IMG/VR virus record: IMGVR_UViG_3300046009_005595
Coordinates: 115,689 to 135,688 of that record
Strand: one strand, 5' to 3'
Length of the DNA stretch: 20,000 bases
Source: an uncultured virus (IMG/VR IMGVR_UViG_3300046009_005595)
Lineage: Duplodnaviria > Heunggongvirae > Uroviricota > Caudoviricetes
In this document: positions 1-8,612 of the stretch, piece after piece
Layout of the letters: each line of letters starts with the position of its first letter
Position numbering within the stretch: the stretch's first letter is position 1
The notes under the pieces: generated by a model
Seen by the model: only the letters and a program-made list of their open reading frames with translations
What the model was told of the DNA's origin: nothing
Databases searched by the model: none
Made by a program: the position numbers and the translations under genes

Positions 1-1
1 T

Positions 2-619
2 GATTATTTTGTATCCACATATCGTAATCAATATGGATATCATCCATATATAAAATCTTTTTTACAGTATCATGATGATCCTATATTAGAAGATTCTCAA
101 GTTTTAGAAAAATTCTATAAGTTTAATCCTAAATTAGTTTTTATAGAAAATGTTAATGATGTTAATGAATTTTATTCAAAGGAGGTTGGAAAATTATCTC
201 CAAATATGAATAATATAGAATCTTCATATCTTCAATATTTAAAGATAAAAAAAGGATTAAATCTTATAGAGCAATTTGAAAATAATAATAATATTAAATA
301 TGATGTTATTATTAAAACAAGATGTGATATAATACATAAAAATATTGTAGGTATAGATTTATCAAACATTGATAATAAAATAATAATTTCTACTGGTAAT
401 ATTTTTCCGAACGATTGTGTTTTAATTTCTAGTAGAGATAATATGTTTTCTATTATAGATTTTGTAATTAATGAATTTTATCATTTAACAAATCCAATTA
501 GTACAACAAATCCACCTCATGGCGTTTTATTAGCTGGTATTCAAAATAGAAACTTAGAAGTTGTGCAACATCCAATTATGGATTATGTAGTTAGAGTAAA
601 CAGAGACCATTATTATTAA
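2..619 (+). CDS. 5'-truncated glycosyltransferase-like protein of phage/NCLDV glycan loci
   Basis: Frame is open from base 2 (DYFVSTYRNQYGYHPY...) through the listed ATG at 206, so the real start lies upstream of the window. Carries YDVIIKTRCD and a downstream ND motif (FPNDCV), as seen in GT-like proteins of viral glycan clusters; sits beside gmd. Confidence 0.55.
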   Translation, partial: DYFVSTYRNQYGYHPYIKSFLQYHDDPILEDSQVLEKFYKFNPKLVFIENVNDVNEFYSKEVGKLSPNMNNIESSYLQYLKIKKGLNLIEQFENNNNIKYDVIIKTRCDIIHKNIVGIDLSNIDNKIIISTGNIFPNDCVLISSRDNMFSIIDFVINEFYHLTNPISTTNPPHGVLLAGIQNRNLEVVQHPIMDYVVRVNRDHYY

Positions 620-620
620 T

Positions 621-1085
621 ATGATTATTATATCACACAGAGGAAACTTGAATGGACCAGAACCAGAATTTGAAAATTCTCCACATCGTATAGATGAATG
701 TATTAATTTAGGATTAGATGTAGAAATTGATGTTTGGTTAATTGATGACACTTTTTATTTAGGACATGATGAACCTCAATATCAAATTGATTTTGATTTC
801 TTGTATAATAGAAAGCTCAATATATGGATACATTGTAAAAACATACAAACACTTTCATTTTTTTGTGAATTTCCAGAATTTAATTTTAATTATTTTTGGC
901 ATCAGAACGATGATTATGTAATAACTTCTAATGAATATATATGGACATATCCAAAAGACACATATGAAACGTTCTTTAATAGCCAAATAATACTGGACTT
1001 TTCTGCTAATGTAGATTATAATTACTATAAGGAAAAGAAAATTCATGGATTGTGTTGTGATTATATAAATTTTAAGGAGATTTAA
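621..1085 (+). CDS. Short glycerophosphodiester phosphodiesterase-like (PLC-like fold) protein
   Basis: N-terminal ISHRG, EN, VEIDV and LGHD motifs match the GDPD catalytic signature; also WIHCKN. At 154 aa it is shorter than canonical GlpQ/UgpQ. Confidence 0.7.
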   Translation: MIIISHRGNLNGPEPEFENSPHRIDECINLGLDVEIDVWLIDDTFYLGHDEPQYQIDFDFLYNRKLNIWIHCKNIQTLSFFCEFPEFNFNYFWHQNDDYVITSNEYIWTYPKDTYETFFNSQIILDFSANVDYNYYKEKKIHGLCCDYINFKEI

Positions 1086-2099
1086 ATGAAGAAAGCTTTG
1101 GTTTATGGAGTTACTGGTCAAGATGGATCTTATCTTGCTGAAATTCTACTTGAAAATGGTTATGAAGTTCATGGGGTGAAAAGAAGAAGTTCATCCTATA
1201 ATACATCTAGGGTAGATCATATCTACAAAAATAGTAATTTTCATCTTCATTATGGTGATGTTACTGATTCACTAAATGTTACTAGTTTAATTCAATCAAT
1301 TAAACCTGATGAGATTTATAATCTAGCAGCGCAATCCCACGTTAAAGTTTCATTTGAGATTCCTGAATATACAGGAAATGTCGATGCTTTAGGTACGTTA
1401 AGAATTCTTGAAGCTATTAGACTTCTTGGGATGGAAGAATCTGTTAAGTTTTACCAAGCATCTACATCAGAATTGTATGGTTTGGTTCAAGAAATTCCTC
1501 AATCAGAAACAACCCCATTTTATCCAAGAAGTCCTTATGGTGTTGCTAAATTATATGGATTCTGGATTCTAAAGAATTATAGAGAAGCTTATAATATATT
1601 TGCTTGTAATGGTATTTTGTTTAATCATGAATCTCCAAGAAGAGGAGAAACATTTGTTACTCAAAAAATTGTTATGGGATTAAATTCAATTAAGAATAAA
1701 CAGTCTAAAGTTTTGACTCTTGGAAATCTTGATGCTTTAAGAGATTGGGGTCATGCTAAAGATTATTGTAGAGCAATGTATTTAATGTTACAATCTAATT
1801 CTCCTGATGATTATGTAGTTGCTACTGGTGAACAATATTCAGTTAGGAATTTTGTGGAATGTTGCGCTCCTTATTTTGGAATGAATATTAAATGGGTAGG
1901 TAGTGGATTAGATGAAGTAGGTATTGATATGAATAGTGGAGATATAGTAGTTTCAGTTGATCCTAAGTATTTTAGACCAACAGAAGTTGCTACTCTTTTA
2001 GGAGATTCTACAAAAGCAAGAACTACTTTAGGATGGAAACCAGAATACTCATTTGATGATTTAGTTAAGGAGATGTGTGAATATGAATTACAACGATAA
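1086..2099 (+). CDS. gmd: GDP-mannose 4,6-dehydratase
   Basis: [11 protein letters not shown]ossmann motif, [27 protein letters not shown] (YxxxK), [30 protein letters not shown] just upstream. Confidence 0.97.
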   Translation: MKKALVYGVTGQDGSYLAEILLENGYEVHGVKRRSSSYNTSRVDHIYKNSNFHLHYGDVTDSLNVTSLIQSIKPDEIYNLAAQSHVKVSFEIPEYTGNVDALGTLRILEAIRLLGMEESVKFYQASTSELYGLVQEIPQSETTPFYPRSPYGVAKLYGFWILKNYREAYNIFACNGILFNHESPRRGETFVTQKIVMGLNSIKNKQSKVLTLGNLDALRDWGHAKDYCRAMYLMLQSNSPDDYVVATGEQYSVRNFVECCAPYFGMNIKWVGSGLDEVGIDMNSGDIVVSVDPKYFRPTEVATLLGDSTKARTTLGWKPEYSFDDLVKEMCEYELQR

Positions 2100-3021
2100 A
2101 ATTTATGTTGCTGGACATGCAGGACTTGTAGGTTCTGCAATTGTTAGAGAGTTGAAAAAACAAGGATATGTAAATGTTCTAACAAAAACTAGAAGAGAAT
2201 TAGATCTTACTGATCAATTTTCTGTAGATAGATTTTTTGATATTGAAAGACCTGATTATGTGTTTTTAGCTGCTGCTAAAGTTGGAGGAATTAATTATAA
2301 TAAATTATATCCTGCAGATTTCATTACAGAAAATCTACAAATTCAAACTAATGTAATCAAAAGTTCATATGATTACAAAGTTAAAAAGTTATTATTTCTT
2401 GGTTCTGCTTGTATATATCCAAAAATTACAGAGCAACCTATCAAAGAAGAATATCTAATGACAGGACTATTAGAACCAACTAATGATGCATATGCTCTTG
2501 CTAAAATTGCAGGATTGACTATGTGTCAAAAGTATTCTAGACAATATGGTTTTAATTGTATTAGTGTTATGCCTACTAACCTTTATGGAACTTTTGATAG
2601 GTTTAATATTGAGCATGGTCATGTTATTCCTGGTTTAATTAACAAATTTATTACGGCAAAAGAAAATGATGATAAAACTATTACATGTTGGGGAGATGGC
2701 TCTCCTACCAGAGAATTTTTATTTTCTGATGATTTGGCTGATGCTTGCGTTTATTTAATGAATCATTATGATTCAGATGAAATTATAAATGTTGGTATTG
2801 ATAATGAAATCACCATGAAGGAACTAGCAGAAAAGTTAAAAGTTTTGACTGAATTTGAAGGTGATATTGTTTGGGATACTTCTAAACCAAATGGAACTCC
2901 AAGAAGAAAAGTATGTAATCAAAAGATTTATGATTTAGGTTGGAGACCAAAATATCAATTAGACGAAGGTTTAAAAATTACTATTGATTGGTTTAAAAAT
3001 AATAGGGAGACCTGTAAATGA
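2083..3021 (+). CDS. fcl: GDP-L-fucose synthase family epimerase/reductase (Fcl/WcaG; possibly ColC-like)
   Basis: [39 protein letters not shown] (YxxxK), [27 protein letters not shown] 2083 chosen over GTG 2077 from SD spacing (AAGGAG 2067-2072). Confidence 0.92.
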   Translation: MNYNDKIYVAGHAGLVGSAIVRELKKQGYVNVLTKTRRELDLTDQFSVDRFFDIERPDYVFLAAAKVGGINYNKLYPADFITENLQIQTNVIKSSYDYKVKKLLFLGSACIYPKITEQPIKEEYLMTGLLEPTNDAYALAKIAGLTMCQKYSRQYGFNCISVMPTNLYGTFDRFNIEHGHVIPGLINKFITAKENDDKTITCWGDGSPTREFLFSDDLADACVYLMNHYDSDEIINVGIDNEITMKELAEKLKVLTEFEGDIVWDTSKPNGTPRRKVCNQKIYDLGWRPKYQLDEGLKITIDWFKNNRETCK

Positions 3022-4187
3022 AATGGAGCTTAATGGAAGATGCTATAACAATATCAGATAGATTAAAATTAGCTTCATTTTGTTTAACTTCTAATAAATT
3101 TACAAATGGTGATAAAGTAAAAGAATTAGAAAATAGTTGGAATAAATGGTTAGGTAGTGAACATTCATTATTTGTTTCTTCTGGAAGTACAGCAAATTTT
3201 CTTTTAATTGCATCAATCAAAGAACTTTATAATCTTAAAGATGGTGATAAGGTTCTTGTTCCTGCTTGTACATGGATGACAAATGTAGCTCCAATAATTC
3301 AATTGGGGCTAACTCCAATATTTTGTGATGTTCAATTTAGTGATTTTAGTTTTAATTTTGAACAATTAGAAGTTATTGCTAAAAATCATCCTGATATAAA
3401 ACTTATATTTGTTACTCATTTGTTAGGATTCAGTTCAAAATCTAGATATTTAGGATTATTAGATTCTTTATTTCCTAAAGCTTTGATTATAGATGATGTT
3501 TGTGAATCACATGGATGTAAAGATGATCTTGGTAATAAGATAGGTTCAAATAGTTTAGGAGCAACTTTCTCTACATATTTTGGACATCATTTAACATCTA
3601 TTGAAGGAGGTTTTGTATCAACAAATAATCTTGAGCTTTACGATTTAATGAAAATGAAAAGATCTCATGGAATGGCTAGAGAATCTGAAAATTATTCTAA
3701 ATACGCCTCTATGTATCCAGATATAGACAAGTCATTTTTATTCATTACAGATGGATATAACTTTAGAAATACTGAGTTAAATGCTGTATTAGGATTATCT
3801 CAATTAAAGAGATTGGATAAGTCAATAACTATTAGGAATGATAATTATAAACATTTTTGTAATATATTGAAATCCTATGATAAAATATTCTATCCTATAG
3901 AATATTATAAAAATACTAGTAGTTTTTGTTTACCTTTTATTTGTGCATCTGAGAGTATTAAAAATAAACTAGAAAGTATTTTAATTGAATGTAAAGTTGA
4001 ATATCGTCCTATTGTTTCTGGAAATTTATTGAGACACCCTTTTCTTAGTAAGTATCAATCTCTACATAATAAAACATCTTTTTATAATGTGGAACAACTA
4101 CATACTAATGGATTATATATAGGAAATAATCAATTCGTTGATAATAAAAAGTTATTACTACTTGAAGAAATATTAGAATTATTGTAA
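3018..4187 (+). CDS. colD: DegT/DnrJ/EryC1/StrS-family PLP enzyme, ColD-like GDP-4-keto-6-deoxy-D-mannose 3-dehydratase
   Basis: FVSSGSTAN, DDVCESHG, FSTYFGHHLTSIEGG (His190 at the position of the usual Schiff-base Lys), RSHG, GYNFR, RPIVSGNL; ATGA overlap with the fcl-like gene. Confidence 0.78.
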   Translation: MKWSLMEDAITISDRLKLASFCLTSNKFTNGDKVKELENSWNKWLGSEHSLFVSSGSTANFLLIASIKELYNLKDGDKVLVPACTWMTNVAPIIQLGLTPIFCDVQFSDFSFNFEQLEVIAKNHPDIKLIFVTHLLGFSSKSRYLGLLDSLFPKALIIDDVCESHGCKDDLGNKIGSNSLGATFSTYFGHHLTSIEGGFVSTNNLELYDLMKMKRSHGMARESENYSKYASMYPDIDKSFLFITDGYNFRNTELNAVLGLSQLKRLDKSITIRNDNYKHFCNILKSYDKIFYPIEYYKNTSSFCLPFICASESIKNKLESILIECKVEYRPIVSGNLLRHPFLSKYQSLHNKTSFYNVEQLHTNGLYIGNNQFVDNKKLLLLEEILELL

Positions 4188-4204
4188 ATCTTATTGAGAA
4201 TAAT

Positions 4205-5005
4205 ATGAACGAAAAATTAAAAGAAATAGCAAAACAACATTCAGCAGTTTTTGTAGGTCCAGTTAGGAATTGTGCTCCTTTTCTAAAAGAAGTATTAAAT
4301 AATATAGAAAGAATAGGATCTTTATTTAAATCATATTCTTGTGTTTTTGTTGAAAGTGATTCGACAGATAATAGTTTTGATCTTCTTAAAGAATATGCAT
4401 TAAGTCATGAAAACATTTACGTTATAACTTTGGGAAAGTTAGAGGATCAGGTTAAATCTAGAACTTGTAGAATAGGTATTGCTAGAAATGAAGCTATTAA
4501 ATTTTGCGAAGATAATAATTTATTAGATTCTCATGATTTTTATATTCAAATGTGTGTAGATGATGTTAATGCTCAAGAAATAGACTTAAATGGAATTTTA
4601 AGTTGTTTTAAATATGATATGAAGGTTTGGGATGCTATGACAGCAAACCAAGAGAATTATTATTATGATATATGGACAATTAGACATCCTGATTGGGTTC
4701 CTTTTGATTGTTGGCATGAAGTTAATAATAGACCTAGATTTATGACAAGAGATCAAGCAGTTCAGATATTTGTGATATCTAGACAATTGAAATTAGATAA
4801 ATCACTTGGGATTATAGAGGTAGATGCTGCTCATGGAGGATTATCAATTTATAAATCTTCAATTGTAAAAGGTTGTAGATATGGAGGAATTCATCCAAAC
4901 GGAAGAGAAGAAGAATCTGATATCATGCAATTCTGTAGAAATGTAAGAGCTAAAAATGGAAAAATCTTTATTAATACTGAAATGATTAATATGGTAGTTC
5001 AATAA
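4205..5005 (+). CDS. Glycosyltransferase-like protein (GT-A fold, GT2/CAP59-like)
   Basis: GPVRNCAPFL, ESDSTDNS, RIGIARN, acidic VDD, YYDIWTIR and AAHGGLSIY resemble CAP59/GT2-like transferases; last gene of the sugar cluster. Confidence 0.7.
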   Translation: MNEKLKEIAKQHSAVFVGPVRNCAPFLKEVLNNIERIGSLFKSYSCVFVESDSTDNSFDLLKEYALSHENIYVITLGKLEDQVKSRTCRIGIARNEAIKFCEDNNLLDSHDFYIQMCVDDVNAQEIDLNGILSCFKYDMKVWDAMTANQENYYYDIWTIRHPDWVPFDCWHEVNNRPRFMTRDQAVQIFVISRQLKLDKSLGIIEVDAAHGGLSIYKSSIVKGCRYGGIHPNGREEESDIMQFCRNVRAKNGKIFINTEMINMVVQ

Positions 5006-5025
5006 ATTCTTCAATTGTAAATATT

Positions 5026-5033
5026 TATAAATA
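5026..5033 (+). promoter_or_regulatory. T4-type late promoter (TATAAATA)
   Basis: Exact TATAAATA in the 5006-5067 intergenic gap, followed by AGGAG SD and the ATG at 5068. Confidence 0.8.
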
Positions 5034-5067
5034 TTATAATAAATAAAAATTCATAGGAGCAGATCTA

Positions 5068-6246
5068 ATGAATCGCGCAATATTTTTGGTCGGTGGACCA
5101 GGAAGCGGTAAAGATATTATTTTAAAAGAAGCATTGTCTAATTTTAAAATAATGGAATTTAACACAGAACAAGTAAAGAACATTGTAAAGAAATTTTTCA
5201 GAGAAATAGTAGTAATTACTGGAAATGCTTATAATTTTGATAAGATTAAAGAATCTAAAGAAATATTAGAAAATGCTGGTTATACAACCAGCATGATTTA
5301 TGTTGACGTTTCTGATGATATAAGCAAAGAAAGACTTTGTAATAGAAATATATCTGAAGATGTAAGATTTACTAGATTATCTGAATCTAAAAGTAATTTT
5401 ATACTATTTTCTGAATTGTTCTCTGAATTATATTTAATTAGAAATGATTTTAGTAGTGAATCTGAAGAAATTAAATTTCAAATAAATTCTTTGATTGAAA
5501 AGTTATCTGAAGATCTTAGAATAGGTTCTACTTTAAGAGATAAAAGAAAAAGAGGAATCCAAGCAAAAGTAGATAGTGTTAGAAGATCAGATAAAAAACA
5601 ACATAGTGATGTTCATGCTGAAATAGAAGCTAAACATTTAAAAGATAGTTCTTTTAAGAAAGCATTAAGTTATCATAATGCTGGAACTAGAAAAGCCATG
5701 AAAAACTTAAATAATTTTAAACAAAGAATAAGACATGAAAGTTTATATGTTTGTCCAACTATTATTGAAGGTTTTGATAATGATAAAGAAACAGATAAAC
5801 TAAATAAACTAAAGAAAAGGAAACTTATTCCTGCTTCAATAAAGTTAGGAGATCCTGTTCGTGGTAGTGGTATTGGTCCAACTTACGATTTAAGAAATTC
5901 TGGTGAATATAGATTAGGTGGAATGCTTAATACTATGGCTTCTGAAGAATATAATAATTGTGATGATTTCTTTGATGAATCTATAGACTCTCCATCTGTT
6001 TCTGATGTTGGGTTTTCTGGTGTTGAAGGAAGTTCTTCAAATAAAATGCCTTTAACTAAACAATCTTCTAGTTATGTTTATTCTACTAATAAAAAGAAAT
6101 CTAATTTTCAAAAAGATAAAGAATCTGTAAAGAATGAAGATCTTTGGGGAAGAAGTAAAAACATTCTTTTTAAAGAATCTTGCTGGACTAAATCTAAAAA
6201 TATTGGAATTAGAAAGAAAATTAAAGATGCTAAGAGACAAAAATAA
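5068..6246 (+). CDS. P-loop kinase-like (AAA_33/zeta-toxin-like) N-terminal domain with long charged C-terminal extension
   Basis: Walker A AIFLVGGPGSGKD at the N-terminus; GYTTSMIYVDVS...SKERLCNR resembles the strand and lid (RxxxR) of nucleoside kinase/zeta-like folds; C-terminal half is low-complexity and charged. Confidence 0.65.
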   Translation: MNRAIFLVGGPGSGKDIILKEALSNFKIMEFNTEQVKNIVKKFFREIVVITGNAYNFDKIKESKEILENAGYTTSMIYVDVSDDISKERLCNRNISEDVRFTRLSESKSNFILFSELFSELYLIRNDFSSESEEIKFQINSLIEKLSEDLRIGSTLRDKRKRGIQAKVDSVRRSDKKQHSDVHAEIEAKHLKDSSFKKALSYHNAGTRKAMKNLNNFKQRIRHESLYVCPTIIEGFDNDKETDKLNKLKKRKLIPASIKLGDPVRGSGIGPTYDLRNSGEYRLGGMLNTMASEEYNNCDDFFDESIDSPSVSDVGFSGVEGSSSNKMPLTKQSSSYVYSTNKKKSNFQKDKESVKNEDLWGRSKNILFKESCWTKSKNIGIRKKIKDAKRQK

Positions 6247-7316
6247 TGAGTGATTTTAAGGAGAATTTTAAAAATTCTCTTAAGAACAAAACTAATTCCA
6301 TAAAGGAAAACTCTTCGACTAAGTTTGATAATTTAGTCGAAAGTTTATCTGTGGAATTAGAAAATGAATTAGAAACTAATACCTTATTAAGAATAAAGAC
6401 TAATTTAAAACAATCTTTAAATAGTATAAAATCTACTCAAGATCACTCTGAATTACCATCGAATTTCTATTCTGCTATAGAAGAAGATCTTAAAAAAGAA
6501 TATGAAAAAGAAATAGAACCACCAGTAGAGTCTCCGGTGGTAGAAGATTCAATATTAAAGATAAAATCAGGTTTAAGTGAATCATTAAAGAAAATAAAGT
6601 CTAAAATAGAATTTGATTCTTCTATATTTGATTCGATAAAAATAGAAAAGAAAGAAGAACCTTTAGTATTAGAAATTCCTGTAGTAGAAGAATTAAAAAT
6701 AGAAGATAATAAGGAAGAACCTATATCTTTAATTAAAGCAGCTTCTCAATCAATAACAAAAGAAGAATCTATAAAATCAGATTCTATCCCAGAAAATTAT
6801 GTAAACCTATTTAAAGAGCCTAATGCTCCAAAAGTAGATCCTAACATAAAAGCAATACAAAATAGAGTTAAATTATTAGAAGAATGGCTTACTAAAGTAT
6901 CTTTAGCTGGGCCTGGTTCTGGTGAAGTTAATTTTAAATATCTTGATGATGTTGATACTAGAGAACAATCTAATAATAAATTTTTAACATACGATCCTGT
7001 AACTAATAATTATGTATTTAATACTATTGTTTCTGGACAAATATATAATAAAACAGTTACAATAACATCAAATACATATACATTATTACCGGATGATTAT
7101 TATATTGGAATAAATTATGCTGGACCTGTATTAATAACAATTCCTTCTTATGCTGACAATGGTAAAATGATAATAATAAAAGATGAATCTGGACATTGTT
7201 CACAAAATCCTATTACAGTAAATGGTAATGTTGATAATGATCCTGGAGGATTTATTTTAAAAATAGATAATGGAGGAATACAAATGATTTATAATAATGG
7301 ATGGAGAATAGTATGA
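6246..7316 (+). CDS. Putative virion structural protein (coiled/charged N-terminus, beta-rich C-terminal domain)
   Basis: TAATG overlap with upstream gene; GSGEVNFKYLDDVD motif and C-terminal DYYIGINYAGPVLITIP...IIKDESG domain recalled from structural proteins of aquatic T4-like phages; lies downstream of a late promoter. Confidence 0.5.
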   Translation: MSDFKENFKNSLKNKTNSIKENSSTKFDNLVESLSVELENELETNTLLRIKTNLKQSLNSIKSTQDHSELPSNFYSAIEEDLKKEYEKEIEPPVESPVVEDSILKIKSGLSESLKKIKSKIEFDSSIFDSIKIEKKEEPLVLEIPVVEELKIEDNKEEPISLIKAASQSITKEESIKSDSIPENYVNLFKEPNAPKVDPNIKAIQNRVKLLEEWLTKVSLAGPGSGEVNFKYLDDVDTREQSNNKFLTYDPVTNNYVFNTIVSGQIYNKTVTITSNTYTLLPDDYYIGINYAGPVLITIPSYADNGKMIIIKDESGHCSQNPITVNGNVDNDPGGFILKIDNGGIQMIYNNGWRIV

Positions 7317-8524
7317 CATATCTTTTTACTGGAAGTCCAGTAGGAACTACGGATGCTTTTGGTCGTCAAAGAGTATCAAATCCACTCACTCTGTTTGATA
7401 GTTCCCACAGATATAGAGATAATAACCTGTGGTCAACTGCTAATACTGGCACTGCTTCTGCTACTTTTATTCTCAACGAAGGTCTGGTTAATCTAACAGT
7501 GAATAATGCTTCTGGAGCACAGATTATTCGTGAGACCACAAAAGTATTTTCATATCAGCCAGGTAAATCTTTGCTTGTGTTAAATACCTTTGTTCCTGCC
7601 ACACCGAAAGTAAACTTGAGACAGAGAGTTGGATATTTCGGTGCTAACAATGGAATATATTTTGAAATTAATGGCACTACACCTTACTTTGTAGAAAGGA
7701 GTTTATCTACTGGAACTCAAACAGAAGTAGCACAAGCAAATTGGAATGGTGATAAGTTAAATGGAACTGGTCCGTCTGGTATTACATTAGACACTACCAA
7801 AGCACAAATCATTTGGATGGATATTGAATGGTTGGGTCTTGGTACTGTAAGAGTGGGATTTATAATAAACGGACAGTTTATTCTCTGTCATTCATTCCAT
7901 CACGCAAACTTAATCACTACAACTTATATTACAACAGCATCACTTCCATTAAGATATGAGCTTACTAATACTGGTAATACAAGTAGTAATAGCACGATGA
8001 AGCAAGTTTGCTCTACTGTTATTTCTGAAGGTGGTTATGAACTTCGTGGATTGCAACAAGCAATTAGCATTCCAATTAATTCCCCAAGAACATTAGGAAC
8101 TGCGGGAACATTCTATCCCGTAATATCTTTGCGTCTGAAAACATCACCAAATTTTTTGGATGCTATTGTAATTCTCACAGCACTTTCTATAATGCCAATT
8201 AGCACTGGTAATTTTAATTGGCAAGTTAGAGCATCTGGAACTACTACTGCCGGTGCTTGGGTAAGTGCTGGAGTTGATAGTGCTGTTGAATATAATATTA
8301 CTGGAACTTCTTATACTGATGGAAGAATTCTTGCAAGTGGATTTTTTAACGCATCAAATCAAGGAGCAAGTCAAGTTGATATTCTAAAAGAAGCATTATT
8401 TAAGTTTCAGTTAGAAAGAAATGGATTAACTTCAACTCCTTATGAACTTACACTTGTGGTTGCTTCTGATAGTAGTGATGATACTGTTGTTGCTTCTATG
8501 GACTGGGAGGAAATTAGCAGATGA
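7313..8524 (+). CDS. Putative virion structural protein (beta-rich, T/S/G/N-rich)
   Basis: Start reassigned to ATG 7313 (ATGA overlap with upstream stop, GGAG SD). DAFGRQRVSNPLTLFDS, YQPGKS and EWLGLGTVRVGF motifs are recalled from a conserved protein of cyanophage-like myoviruses. Confidence 0.6.
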   Translation: MTYLFTGSPVGTTDAFGRQRVSNPLTLFDSSHRYRDNNLWSTANTGTASATFILNEGLVNLTVNNASGAQIIRETTKVFSYQPGKSLLVLNTFVPATPKVNLRQRVGYFGANNGIYFEINGTTPYFVERSLSTGTQTEVAQANWNGDKLNGTGPSGITLDTTKAQIIWMDIEWLGLGTVRVGFIINGQFILCHSFHHANLITTTYITTASLPLRYELTNTGNTSSNSTMKQVCSTVISEGGYELRGLQQAISIPINSPRTLGTAGTFYPVISLRLKTSPNFLDAIVILTALSIMPISTGNFNWQVRASGTTTAGAWVSAGVDSAVEYNITGTSYTDGRILASGFFNASNQGASQVDILKEALFKFQLERNGLTSTPYELTLVVASDSSDDTVVASMDWEEISR

Positions 8525-8575
8525 ATAGATGGTTCTATCCTCGCATCTATGAATTTTATTGAAGCTTTATAATTA

Positions 8576-8583
8576 TATAAATA
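8576..8583 (+). promoter_or_regulatory. T4-type late promoter (TATAAATA)
   Basis: Exact TATAAATA about 30 nt upstream of ATG 8613, with GGAG SD at 8602-8605. Confidence 0.8.
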
Positions 8584-8612
8584 TAAGTAAAACAATAAAT
8601 TGGAGTATTAAA

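Noticed and set aside
8525..8550. ATAGATG/CATCTAT inverted repeat as a terminator
   Set aside because: Only a 7-bp AT-rich stem with a 12-nt loop and no adjacent U-tract.
8559..8612. N-terminal extension of the 308-aa ORF from TTG 8559
   Set aside because: It spans the late promoter and the GGAG SD; ATG 8613 is the better start.
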